From contig BCKZ01000015.1 in the NCBI GenBank assembly GCA_001600815.1, positions 620,001 through 654,761 on the forward strand: a DNA stretch of 34,761 nt, in the 5' to 3' direction. Of the stretch, positions 11,388 through 22,826 are shown in pieces. The translations under genes were made by a program, and so were the position numbers. The notes beneath the pieces are model-generated. The model saw only the letters and a program-made list of their open reading frames with translations, was not told the origin of the DNA and did no database searches. Each line of letters begins with the position of its first letter. Position 1 is the stretch's first letter. This stretch comes from Alloascoidea hylecoeti. Lineage: Eukaryota.

Positions 11388-11458
11388 TGCGTCAGCCCGG
11401 AGTCGAACCGGGGGCTCTTCGATGGCAACGAAGAATTTTACCGCTAAACCACTAACGC
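11388..11458 (-). tRNA. tRNA-Gly (anticodon GCC), intronless
   Basis: GCGTTAGTGGTTTAGCGGTAAAATTCTTCGTTGCCATCGAAGAGCCCCCGGTTCGACTCCGGGCTGACGCA: 7 bp acceptor stem, anticodon arm CTTCG-TTGCCAT-CGAAG, T loop TTCGACT, followed by a TTTTATTTTT terminator. Confidence 0.98.
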
Positions 11459-11593
11459 AGCTATGGTGACCTCCAGTTCGAAATACTTTACACTCTAATA
11501 ATAATTTGAGTTAACACCTATACACCCAAGAACATCTTAGAACTTTCGATAGGTGTGTAGTAAATCATTAATGTTCATCTGTTAGGAGAAAAA

Positions 11594-12589
11594 ATGGATT
11601 TCTCATCATTATTGTCAAAAGAAATTGCAAAAAGGAAGCATACCGTCGAAGCGTTAGAAAAGGGTTCAAAAAAGAAGTATATAAGGCAGATCGATTTAGA
11701 AAAAGAGAAAGAAAAGGAGTATGAAAAGAAGTTGGAAGAGGCCAGGAGAAAACGTCAAGAACAGATTGACGAAATTACGAAAGAGAGGAAGCAACGAAAA
11801 ACAAGAGAGAAACAAGAACGTGATGATAGAACTAAGGAGTATGAAGAATCAGGTCACAAGGACTCTGAATTAGAAGAAGAATCGGTCGATAAAACTGAAA
11901 CAAAATACACAAAAGAAGAACAGGAATTATTGGATTCCATTACTGAAGAAGAACTCTCACATCAATTAAAGGACTTAGGACAGCCGGTGATATTGGAGGA
12001 AGAAAATAAATTAATAAGAATTAAACGATTAAAGAAAATCCAACTTAAACAACATCTCTTAGAGAAACAAAAAGAGGATCAAGAGCGCGAAGCATCTTTG
12101 GATTTTAATATTGTGCCGGAAGATATACGAGATGATGAGAATAAAGTCTACTCACAAGTCAGAGCATACCTAAAACATTTAATTTTTGAATGGGAAGCTG
12201 ATCTAAAAGCAAGAGACGAAACTCCAGAAAGAGCATTTGATATCCTAACAGAAACTAAACAATACCTTGTCCCACTACTGAGTTTGCTTCGTAGACGAAA
12301 ATTAAGTCCACAAATATTCCCTACTCTCTCAACACTTTGTATGTATCTACAACAAAGGAACTATAGAAATGCAAATAATACTTATTTAAAATTAAGTATT
12401 GGTAATGCAGCATGGCCTATTGGTGTTACGGCTGTTGGTATTCATGCTAGAAGTGCGAGGGAAAGAATTACCGGTGATAATCAATCGAGCACTCAAATTG
12501 CCCATATAATGAGTGATGAGACAACAAGAAAATGGCTGACCAGTGTTAAAAGATTGATTACCTTTTGTGAAGGACATTGGCAAGCTTAA
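11594..12589 (+). CDS. PRP18: Pre-mRNA splicing factor Prp18
   Basis: MDFSSLLSKEIAKRK N-terminus, SFM/PRP4-like motif LKDLGQPVILEEE, and the hallmark ANNTYLKLSIGNAAWPIGVTAVGIHARSARERI..AHIMSDETTRKWLTSVKRLITF. Confidence 0.96.
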   Translation: MDFSSLLSKEIAKRKHTVEALEKGSKKKYIRQIDLEKEKEKEYEKKLEEARRKRQEQIDEITKERKQRKTREKQERDDRTKEYEESGHKDSELEEESVDKTETKYTKEEQELLDSITEEELSHQLKDLGQPVILEEENKLIRIKRLKKIQLKQHLLEKQKEDQEREASLDFNIVPEDIRDDENKVYSQVRAYLKHLIFEWEADLKARDETPERAFDILTETKQYLVPLLSLLRRRKLSPQIFPTLSTLCMYLQQRNYRNANNTYLKLSIGNAAWPIGVTAVGIHARSARERITGDNQSSTQIAHIMSDETTRKWLTSVKRLITFCEGHWQA

Positions 12590-12644
12590 TATTTATAGCT
12601 ATGATATTTGTGAATTTTAATGTTTGTGTATTATGTAATCACAA

Positions 12645-12691
12645 CACGTGCTATACTCATCTTATGAATTTTTTTTTTCATTGAAACTTTT
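12645..12691 (+). promoter_or_regulatory. Ribosome-biogenesis (PAC/RRPE-like) promoter motifs upstream of UTP12
   Basis: CACGTG at 12645-12650, CTCATC (PAC core GATGAG on the minus strand) at 12656-12661, RRPE-like AATTTTTTTTTTCA at 12667-12680 and TGAAACTTTT at 12682-12691, all in a 132 bp intergenic gap before a ribosome-biogenesis gene. Confidence 0.5.
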
Positions 12692-12721
12692 CAAGAAAAA
12701 TATAACCTTTAACAACATAAA

Positions 12722-15631
12722 ATGGTAAAATCTTACCTACGGTTTGAACAATCCAAAAGTTTTGGTGTTATTTCATCTCCAGAGTCCAACTCTTTGTGGA
12801 TTCCGAATCACGAGGCTGGTGACGATTCAAGGGTTGGAAGAGGACGAGTAGTCACAGGAGCGTTGGAACAGATTCTGATATGGGATGTTCATACAGGAAC
12901 ATTATTAAATCAACTTTATGATGGAGAAACTCCTGGAATAAATTCAATGACTAATACTGGTGTATGTCCTAGTGCTGTGACCTCTTTAGCGTATCATGAT
13001 ACAAATCAACTTTTAGCTGCTGGATATGCAAATGGTACAATAAAAATTTGGGATATTAATACGAGAACTGTTATTGTTGAATTTAATGGCCATAAAACCA
13101 CTGTATCTGTTTTGGAATTTGATTCACAGGGGGTTAAGTTAGTCAGTGGCTCGGCAGATTGTAATATTATCGTCTGGGATCTGATCGGTGAAGTAGGTCT
13201 TTATAAATTGACAAGCCATAGAAATCAGATAACTGGATTAAAATTTATCAAGAAAAAGTTAAGTAATAGTATCATTCATGATGAGGAAGATGAGTGGCTA
13301 GTGTCAATATCTAAAGATGGGTTAATCAAGCTATGGGACTTGAAAACTAAATATTGTGTTGAAACACATATTGCTAGTTCAAAAGAAGCCTGGTCATTAG
13401 CAATTGATCTAAACTTCGAGTATATAATAACAGGGGGTGAAGATAATAAGTTAAAGGTATGGGAGATAAATCTTGACAATGAAGATGAAACAGGTACTGG
13501 ACGGTTAATTGATAAAGGAATAATTTCCAAGAAATCATCAAATAAAGCCATGTCAATATCATTTCATTCATCAAATCAATTTTTCCAAGTACAAAATTCA
13601 GATAAAAGTATTGAAATTTTTAGAATTCGATCAGCAGAAGAGATTAAAAAAGCAGTTGCAAGACGTAAAAAAAGAGTTAGAGAATCGAAAAAGGAAATTA
13701 ATACAACTGATGAAAAATTAGAAATTGAATTAAATCAAATTGATCCTACAAATCCCTATTTTGTTTTTGCAAGTTTTGCTCTAATATCATCAACAACTGG
13801 TTCAAAAATTAAAAGCTCTAATTGGGCCTATTCAAAACGTGAAAAATCCGAATTAAATTTAATCATTACCTTAGGCAATAATTCAGTTGAATATCATATA
13901 ATCGAAATTCCCAAGAAATTCTCAAATTCAGAAATTGTTTCAAGTGAAATACAGTCTACTATTGAATTACAAGGACATCGATCAGATCCAAGATGTTTAT
14001 CAATTACATCAGATGATAAATTAGTTGCTTCAATTTCCAAAAATGAAATCAAAATTTGGAATTTATATTCAACAAATTGTATTAGAACTTTATCTATTCC
14101 TGGTAAACGAACAACATGCGGTAGCTTTTTACCAGGTGATGCACTCATTGTTGTTGGAAATATGGATGGTGATTTACATTTATTCGATGTTGCTTCATCA
14201 TCCTTAATTCAAACAATTGAAGGTGCGCATAAAAGTGGTATATGGTCATTGGATATAAGTTCAAATGGTAAAACAATGGTTACAGGAGGAAGGGATGAAA
14301 ATTTAAAATTTTGGGAATTTAAAGTTGTTTCAACATTAGTTCCTGGAACTACAACATCAGTTTCAAATTTATTGATAAAACATTCCAAAACGTTACAAGT
14401 AAATAATGAAGTGATTGCAGTCAAGATTGATCCCAATAACAAATATGTGCTTGCGTCATTACATGATAACACAGTTAAAGTATTTTATCTTGATACATTA
14501 AAATTTTATTTATCACTTTTTGGTCATAAAGGATTGGTATTATCAATTGATGTTTCACAAGATTCAAAATTGGTTATTACTGGTTCACAAGATAAAAATA
14601 TTAAAATTTGGGGTCTTGATTTTGGTGATTGTCATAAATCAATTTTTGCACATACGGACATAATTACAAATGTATTATTTGATAAATCTTCAGAATCTAT
14701 TCATAATTTTTTTTCATGTTCAAAGGATAGAGTGATAAAATATTGGGATGGTGATAAATTTGACCAAATTCAAAAATTAGTAGCTCATCATTCAGAAGTC
14801 TGGGGACTTGCGGCTTCACATTCTGGTGGGTTCATTGTTTCATCGTCTCATGATAAGAGTATTAGAATATGGAGTGAAAGCGATGATCAAATTTTCTTAC
14901 AAGAAGAAAGAGAAAAAGAATTAGAAGAAATATATGAATCAACATTATTAGAATCATTAGAAGAGGAAAAACCAAGAGGTGACAAGGATGAAGATGAAGA
15001 TGTTCATGCTTCAGAAGCAACCCGGGCTGGTAAACAGACAATAGAATCACTAAAATCTGGAGAATTGATCATGGAGGCATTAGATATAGGCATTGCTGAT
15101 CTGGATGCATTGGAACAGTACGAAAAGGATAAAAAGAAGGCTTTAAAGAATAAGCAAGCGTTACCACAAGCGCCTACTAGAAACATTATATTAGAAGTTA
15201 AGAAAATTTCAGCACAAGAGTATGTTTTTCAAACGGTTTCTAAGATTAAATCAGCACAATTAGAAGATGCCCTGATTATTTTACCATTTAGTAAAGTTGT
15301 CGCAATGTTTAGATTTATTGAGATTTGGACGAAAGAAGGATATGAAAAGTTGAACATCGAATTAATTTGCAGAGTACTCTTTTTTATGGTCCGTGTTCAT
15401 TCAAAAGAAATTAGTAGTAATAAGTTATTGAGACCAACACTTGAATCAATAAGGCCTAATCTTGTTAAAACATTAAAAGCACAAAGAGACGAGATTGGTG
15501 TTAATATACAAGGTCTTAAATATATAAAAGAATATTGGAACATGTATCATAAGAAAGAATTTGTTGATGAATATGAACAGATACAAGAAGAAGAGAAAAA
15601 CTCTAGAAAGAGAATATTTTCAACAGTTTAG
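12722..15631 (+). CDS. DIP2: U3 snoRNP/SSU processome WD40 protein Dip2/Utp12
   Basis: MVKSYLRFEQSKSFGVISS start, many WD40 repeats, LKFYLSLFGHK..VLSIDVSQDSKLVITGSQDKNIKIWGLDFGDCHKSIFAH, and a C-terminal Utp12 domain LEDALIILPFS. Confidence 0.97.
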   Translation: MVKSYLRFEQSKSFGVISSPESNSLWIPNHEAGDDSRVGRGRVVTGALEQILIWDVHTGTLLNQLYDGETPGINSMTNTGVCPSAVTSLAYHDTNQLLAAGYANGTIKIWDINTRTVIVEFNGHKTTVSVLEFDSQGVKLVSGSADCNIIVWDLIGEVGLYKLTSHRNQITGLKFIKKKLSNSIIHDEEDEWLVSISKDGLIKLWDLKTKYCVETHIASSKEAWSLAIDLNFEYIITGGEDNKLKVWEINLDNEDETGTGRLIDKGIISKKSSNKAMSISFHSSNQFFQVQNSDKSIEIFRIRSAEEIKKAVARRKKRVRESKKEINTTDEKLEIELNQIDPTNPYFVFASFALISSTTGSKIKSSNWAYSKREKSELNLIITLGNNSVEYHIIEIPKKFSNSEIVSSEIQSTIELQGHRSDPRCLSITSDDKLVASISKNEIKIWNLYSTNCIRTLSIPGKRTTCGSFLPGDALIVVGNMDGDLHLFDVASSSLIQTIEGAHKSGIWSLDISSNGKTMVTGGRDENLKFWEFKVVSTLVPGTTTSVSNLLIKHSKTLQVNNEVIAVKIDPNNKYVLASLHDNTVKVFYLDTLKFYLSLFGHKGLVLSIDVSQDSKLVITGSQDKNIKIWGLDFGDCHKSIFAHTDIITNVLFDKSSESIHNFFSCSKDRVIKYWDGDKFDQIQKLVAHHSEVWGLAASHSGGFIVSSSHDKSIRIWSESDDQIFLQEEREKELEEIYESTLLESLEEEKPRGDKDEDEDVHASEATRAGKQTIESLKSGELIMEALDIGIADLDALEQYEKDKKKALKNKQALPQAPTRNIILEVKKISAQEYVFQTVSKIKSAQLEDALIILPFSKVVAMFRFIEIWTKEGYEKLNIELICRVLFFMVRVHSKEISSNKLLRPTLESIRPNLVKTLKAQRDEIGVNIQGLKYIKEYWNMYHKKEFVDEYEQIQEEEKNSRKRIFSTV

Positions 15632-16303
15632 TTTAGAACTATCATATAACTTATGTAAATATATTATTTTTTAATGCAGATGTAAAAACGTTTGCAATTA
15701 CAATTGGATTGATTCAACATATAATATAAACTTTTAGACTAAATTGGCTTAAGCTCATCAATCAGACTTGTTCGAACTTCGTAGTGCGCGTAAACTTCAA
15801 TTGTTAGGTATACAGATGAATGATATCCCTAAAGTCTATGGGGGTCATGTAGTACAAAGATTTTCAATTGAATGACGATCGGAAGAAAGGAAGATCATAA
15901 CAGAGACAATTTAAATTTATAGATTTTTATTATGAGGCACAACTAATGAAAAAAAAAAATCCGAAAACATTTAGTAAAATTAATTATATGTATGTAGGAT
16001 ATTAGACAATTTCGATCTTAATTGAAATATTTGTTCTCAGTAAATATATAAAACTTATATAAATAATAAATACATTAATATTGCCATTGCAACTCCCTTT
16101 TTTGTTTTACTTGTTCTGTGTTCTGATAGTTCCCGACCCCTGACGAGATCGACAGTGACTATACTTAAGCGGACACGCCTTTCTGTAAGACTAAAATAAA
16201 TAAATGAAAAGATACCTAACACTAAAATAATGCAAATTTGCCAGTCTCAATATTCCAAAATATAAATTTCGCTTTCACATTCTAGTCTAACCTAAATCAA
16301 AAC

Positions 16304-16919
16304 ATGGAGGTCAGCCGAAAAACATCAACCGGGGCGAGTCTCAATCAGCAGGGCCAACAGGGCCAGAAAAATGCAACTACAGGCACTTCTCGTAACCACA
16401 AAAGGCAAACGATGAAGGTTGAAACGGAAACCGTCAAAGCAGTCCATAAACTAGGAGTCACCAACAATATCGGAAGTAGTAACAATAATGTGTCAACACC
16501 AGCCAGCACAGTATCCTCTCCTCAGAACTTTAATGTTGGTTTAGGCATAAGTACGCCACAGCAGAATGAAGATTTAAATCCTTTGCAGCCTCTGGATTTA
16601 TCCCAAAAACACGATTCCAGTACAAGTAAAAGTGGAAGTACAATCACTTTACAACTGGAAGGAAACGGAAGTAATGATTTTCAAACAAATGTCAATAATA
16701 TTAAGACTCCTACAACTGATTTAAATCTTCCTCGACTACCAAACATGAACTACAATAACCTCATCATCGAGAATGAGAATAGGTCCTCTAACATTCTTGA
16801 TGATAACTATTCCGATGCTTCTTTTGAGAGTGATTTTTCATTTCAAAATCCAGCCTTTCGTTATAAATCCAGGAGCCGTAACCAGTCCCTATTACAATCG
16901 CGAGCTGTAGCAGATCGCG

Positions 16920-16986
<67 letters not shown>

Positions 16987-19900
16987 GGACTCAAATTATC
17001 GAATAAGAAGCCCAACTCGTGAAACCAGAGGATACCGTGGTCGTTTGGCTAGAAGAAAGGATAAGGAGATGCAAAATTCCACACCGGACTTAAACAATAA
17101 CATCAATAATGGACCTAGTTATTTCCATACTATAGCTGGTACTCAGAGTAAAGATAAAGAAGAGTATCGTCTTCCTAATCGGCGAATGCTATCAAGACAA
17201 AGTTCTTCATCAAAATCTATAAAACCCAGCAATTCATCAAATACGCAGCAACAACAGCAGACCCAATCTAAAAAAACATTAAACTCGAAACCTTCAATCG
17301 CAAAATCTTCCAAACCAAAAGTTCCAAGATTAGCACCTAAATCTTCAAAAGCTCAAATATTTGCAGCTAAGGTTGCATCTGCCATCGAAGATGTTACATC
17401 TACTGAAAGTGATGAAGAGTTTGTTTATGAGCCAAGTTCGGCCGCTGTTTCTCCATGGCTACCACAAAAACCTATTCCCAACACAAATAATACAAATAAT
17501 ATAAATACTACAAACTTACATGGGATTTATACAAGCGATAGTAACAATGATATCCATTATTTATTATCAAATAATCAACCCCCAAGAAGATCGGCCTCTT
17601 CACGTACTTCGGTAACCCAACAACAATCAAACAATAATAATACCAATCTAAATACCATAGCCTCTGTACCTGAATACTTCCAAATCCCAGTAAACGACTA
17701 TAGAAACACAAGACTATCTCAAAGTTCGCAAAGATCAGGTTCTGCCTCAAGATCAAAATTTGACGTGAGATACAATGGCAACAATATTGGTGATTTATAT
17801 CAACAACCACATTACCATAATCATGGATATATTATTAGAAGAGATTCTTCAAATGCAAGAAACTTTGATACTAAGAGTTCATATCAAGAAGATATCAATG
17901 AAAATAATAACAATTCAAGTGCAAACACGAATTATCAGCAACAACGACCACCATTGCAAGGTGATAATAGTAGCGATAGGAGATTGTTAATCCTCGGTAC
18001 AAAAGAGAGTGAGATGAATTTTCCTTCAAGGTCAGGATCTAGATCACAGGCAAATGATAAGGCTTCTACAAAAGAGAATAAATCAATTGCAGCGGGATTC
18101 GTTGAAACTTTAAGACAGCAGAATCAATTAAGATTGCAACAAAAACCAAGTCGTCCATTTCAATTACATAAATTAAGCTATGGATCATTGGCCGATGATA
18201 GTAATAATGCTAATGCAAGTGAAACCCCAAATATGAGATCAAACTCAAGAACTAGTAACAGTAGAGGTGGATATAGACACTCAAGCTCAAATAAATATGC
18301 AACTGCTGAAGATAATGATAGTATTTCTGCTAACGTTACTTCCAAACTTCGAAATTATGAAAATGTTGTTGATAACGATGATCATCCTGATTCTGGTTTC
18401 TTAGATTATAGAAACGGAAGTAAAACTTCGAATAATAACATCACCAAAAATAATATAGCTAAAAATCATTTAAATTTACATCCTCATACATCAACAGTTG
18501 GCTATCGGTATAATACTAAATATAATCAAAAATTAAATACGATATTTTCAGCTGATCATAGTAATATTAGTAATGAAGATAGCGATTCTCAAGAAAGTTA
18601 TGCATCGATAGATGATGCAATTGGCCCCACCGATATTGATGTTCTATATAATCAAAATGATAATAATGTATTTAGTAACGGTAACTATAAAGATTTAGAG
18701 CGAGGTATTGTCAATGAAGATACATCAATGGAAAAGCCATCAACAGAACAATCAATTTGGAAAAAGCTAATACCAAAATTATCTGTAGTAAAAAATGAAA
18801 CAATCAAAAAGAAAAAACATTCAGTTGATAATAGTTCAATATCAACTTTGAAGAAATCAGATCCACTAAAAGGAGCTCGGAACAGCTTAAGTGATCAAGG
18901 AACAGGTAATAGAAATAAAAATGAAAGTGGTGATGAAAATGGATCAGAGATCCAATTATATACTGGTATGTTTGAAAATGATGAAAATGATAACAATGCA
19001 ACTATTAAATTGAAGAAAACATCAATTGTTGGAAGATCACCTTCCAAATATCATCATTCGAAGAATAATAAAAGAAGATCAAAATCAAGATCAAAGTCTA
19101 AATCAAATTCAAACTCTCATTCTCATTCAATATCAGCTTCTAACTCATCACCTAGAAAACTTTCAATCAAAAGAACAATTAGAAAAAATGATTTATCTTC
19201 TTCTGATGAAAATGTGAATTTATTACATGGAAACCGCGAACTAGATAATGAATCAAGTTCAGATTCTGATTTTAGATATCATTCCTTTTTGCCGATGTAT
19301 AATTCAATACAACCACCAAAAAGAATTATCAGTCCAAAAAGTTTTAGATCACAATTTCTTGATGATTTAATACCAATGAATAGCAATAGAAGGAGAGAAA
19401 TTACAATAACCTGTGTATTTTCAAAGATTATTTTTATATTAGGGTTGTCTTTTGCAATTGGTATTATATTTCTAATTTTTTTGTGTCAATTACCAATTTT
19501 TCAAACATTGGGTATTACATCATCACCACTAACAAACCTTAAATTAAAATCGATTGATAATATAATTGTTTCGAATTCAGTTTTGATTTACGATTTGAAT
19601 TTTGAAGCGATAAATATTGGATTTTCATCTACTTCGGTTAAAACTTTGAATGTTGACGTTTTTGCAAAGAGTAGGTATCTTAATAATGTTGATGATTTAA
19701 GACTGAATTCAAATGAGACGGAGAGAAAAGATACTCCAGGACCAGCGACAACAGTCCTAATTGGTAATATACAAACATTTGATGTACCGTTGACATTTCC
19801 GGGGATGTTCTCATTGGGATTTCAGCAGTGTTCTGAACTCATATTAAAAAGACAGTTATATGATATGACAAAAGAAGGAAACAAGAAGATTGTGGATGGA

Positions 19901-20212
19901 GATAGAGCGGGAGTTTTTAGTGAGAGTTTAGGGACGGTTAAAATGATGACGGAATATGATGATTCACAACCTCCAGTGCAATTTCAAGAAACAGAATCAA
20001 GATATGGACATTTAGAAATGGCTATTAACGACAAAAAATGGGAGATTATCACCAGAAATCCTTTTGATTTAATTCTAAGAGGATTTATATTGCTGGAATC
20101 CGAATTGGCTCGACCATTTCAGTATAGTCCAAAGGCAGTTACGATAAACACATCAAAATGCATCATCCCTGAAGAGGCCGATCCGGAAGATAAATGCGTT
20201 ACAAATAAATAG
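16304..20212 (+). CDS. VAC7: Vacuolar segregation protein Vac7 (Fab1 activator)
   Basis: MKVETETV motif, AQIFAAKVASAIEDVTSTESDEEFVYE motif, a long N/S/Q-rich region, one TM helix, then a lumenal domain PLTNLKLKSIDNIIVS..LIYDL.FEAIN..NVDVFAKSRY..TVLIGNIQTFDVPLTF..KWEII..NPFDLILRG. Confidence 0.9.
16922..16987 (+). repeat. Pure (CAA)n tract encoding polyQ (about 22 Gln) in VAC7
   Basis: Uninterrupted CAA units ending in one CAG, in frame in VAC7. Confidence 0.95.
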
Positions 20213-22182
20213 CGATATCATTTGAAAATTATATTTTTTGATGGGTGTAGATAAATATAAATAATGAGATTAATTTTCGTATGTTCTACAGTCGGAATAA
20301 TACCGTATCCTATTCGTGTATATTGTAACATATTAGCGAAAAGTTTGGGAACCATCCAACAATTTAAGCGGTAGTTAGCATATCAAAATTTTATCTAAAA
20401 ATATATAAATCTCTGAAATATCTTTCATTTGTGGTAATTGATGGCATTACATGTTTAATTGTTTCAAAACAAAATGATTTTAACATTATGGTGAAAAATA
20501 TAAAACAATTGAAACGTGGCCAAATTCTAATGTCCAAGATTATCCTCTTGATGGATCTGGGGGGATAAAAAGAAACAGATGGAAGAAATGATCGAAGAAA
20601 TGGAAACGGCAAGAAAAAGTTATACACCAAAAATATGCATAATTGCAATATAGTTTATCACCTAAAAAGGTGTTGGTGTTATATTAATGTTATAGTAATT
20701 AAAGAAAACTATATTCAAACTAAATGTGAAGGTATTTTTATACCAAAAGGTGGAACATACAAGTGTTACTATGGAACGTTCTAGCTAGTAGTTTCTAACT
20801 CGTATTGCATTAGATAAAGGATCTACTAATCAAGTATATAAGTCTTTTCCTCAACTATAATACAATAATTACTTAGGCGATTTAATACTCGTAAGACTTA
20901 CACACAATTGAAGGTTCAATTTTTAACTTTTTATTCATGATTAATATAACAATAAATGACAATTCTGGAGATGTGTGCAAATAAATAAATGGCAAATAGA
21001 AGTTCCTTTTTCCCACTTTATTCAATGCATTCCGATAATTCTGCAAATATGCACGTTCATTTTAGGTAATTACTAGTGTGATCCACCACCATTATAACAT
21101 TTGCATAGAAATTTATTGGAAAGTAAATAAAATGTTAAACTTGACAGATTTCCGGCCATATGCGAGCTCTCCATACGATGATTTTGGAGGGGATTGATAC
21201 TTTTCTGCAATTGTAGTTCATTGAACATTAAACATAGACAATACAAAAGTGCTAGATAATTTAAGGATTGTGATTGATTATTGCAGCTCATCGTATGATC
21301 ATGATGTATTTGTTCCTGCATAAATACCAGTTTTAACATTTAATGAGATGTGAAGGGATATTCATTAAGAATATTATTTTCGAATCTCGACCTTAATTTG
21401 TATTTAACCTGGATAATGGATCCACCTAAAAGAATAATGTTCGATATAAAATCACGACACTGTCGAGTAAAATTACAATAAAAGAAGGTAGGTAAGACCA
21501 TATTTGTAGTTTCACGACTTATATTCGTAATATGCGAGTGGAAGTCGTAAATGATATTTTATAAATTTTTTCTTTCTCCTTCTTTTATCACATATGTTTG
21601 ATTGGGGTTCTTTCCATTAGACTTTTCTTTCACTACTTTTAAACTTGATTTAAATAAACATTAAATTTAAGTTGAGAGTATAACCAAGGGTTATTTTTGG
21701 TTTTTGGCTAGACTAATATTTTTTTTTTACAAGATTTCCTGTTGCAATTGCTTGTTTGAAGCTATTATTAGGTCAAAATTGTAAAAAAATTGCTCAGCTC
21801 TCAAATTTTTAACCTCCCATCCATATTGTATTATCTATGTTTTCTGGATATTTACCACCAATTACCAGTCATTCATACGATGAAAAAAAAAAAAAAAAAA
21901 AGCAGACCTAGGCATTAAGTTTTAAGTAGTTCCTTAGCGAACAACGCCGAACATACATATACTGTAGATTATAATGAAATACCAGGGACTTGAACAGGGG
22001 AAAATGCAAGAAATCGTAATAGTAGCTATCGTATTGTATCTCCGATATTCAAATTTATTTTACGACCGTTATTGAAAAAAAAGTAGCAAACGTATTCTCC
22101 ATTGCCTTGTAATTATAACCATCGCTCGGAATCTGCTTTACTCAATAATTAGAGTCACCATACTTTTAATCAATATTCTAAA

Positions 22183-22826
22183 ATGAAATTCACAACTGCT
22201 GCTTTAACTCTTACTTTAGCTTCATACTCTTTAGCTGTCACAACCTTTAATTTGTTTTCAATTCATTCTGGATCGATTCTCCATTTATCTCCAATTAAAG
22301 TGTCGGATAGGAAACTTGTTATTGGAACTGGTTTAGACTTTCTTGGTACTTTAGAAGATGATGGATCTGTTTCTTGTGCTTGTCCGTCTCTACTGAAGGT
22401 TTCTTGATTATTTCTCCCAAGAAAGATACAGGTTTCTCTATCAATACAGGTTTGCTTTATAGTGGTGAAAGTCACACAATTGCTTGTCCAAGAGTTGATA
22501 ATATTTACAATATCATCTGGGATGGTCATTGTGGTGGTGGTATTGGAATCCGTCTTCGTGTTCAGCAATATGCTGCCTCACCCATTTCATCTGCTGCTTT
22601 ATCCGCTTCATCTGCTGCTTTATCCACTACTTCATTTGCTGCTTCATCCGCTACTTCATCAGCACCAGATGTAATTTCATCCGCTACCTCGTCTTCCGCT
22701 GCCACCAAATCTTCAACTCCTGGTAACTCAACCCAACCTGCAAGTGAAACAGGTAATAGTACTTCCAACGTTAATGTAGGCTACTCAATGATTGGTGTTG
22801 TTGTACTTGCTTTCATCTTGACTTAA
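22183..22826 (+). pseudogene. CWP1-like GPI-anchored cell-wall mannoprotein gene with one frameshift near 22370-22385 (pseudogene or assembly error)
   Basis: ORF 22183: signal peptide, then FNLFSIHSGSILHLSPI..KLVIG..GTLEDDG (Cwp1-like FGLVSIRSGS..TITDDG). It continues in the shifted frame of ORF 22374: TGFSI..GLLY..IACP..GIRLRV, Ser/Ala-rich repeats and a hydrophobic GPI-signal-like tail. No intron signals at the junction. Confidence 0.75.

Noticed and set aside
3157..13200. Alternative yeast genetic code (CUG-Ser or CUG-Ala)
   Set aside because: CTG codons fall at conserved Leu positions (ATE1 PDLL, UTP12 WDLIGE), consistent with the standard code.
20391..21339. Short ORFs between VAC7 and the cell-wall gene
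   Set aside because: No recognisable motifs or splice structure in the frames I translated, so I cannot support them as genes.
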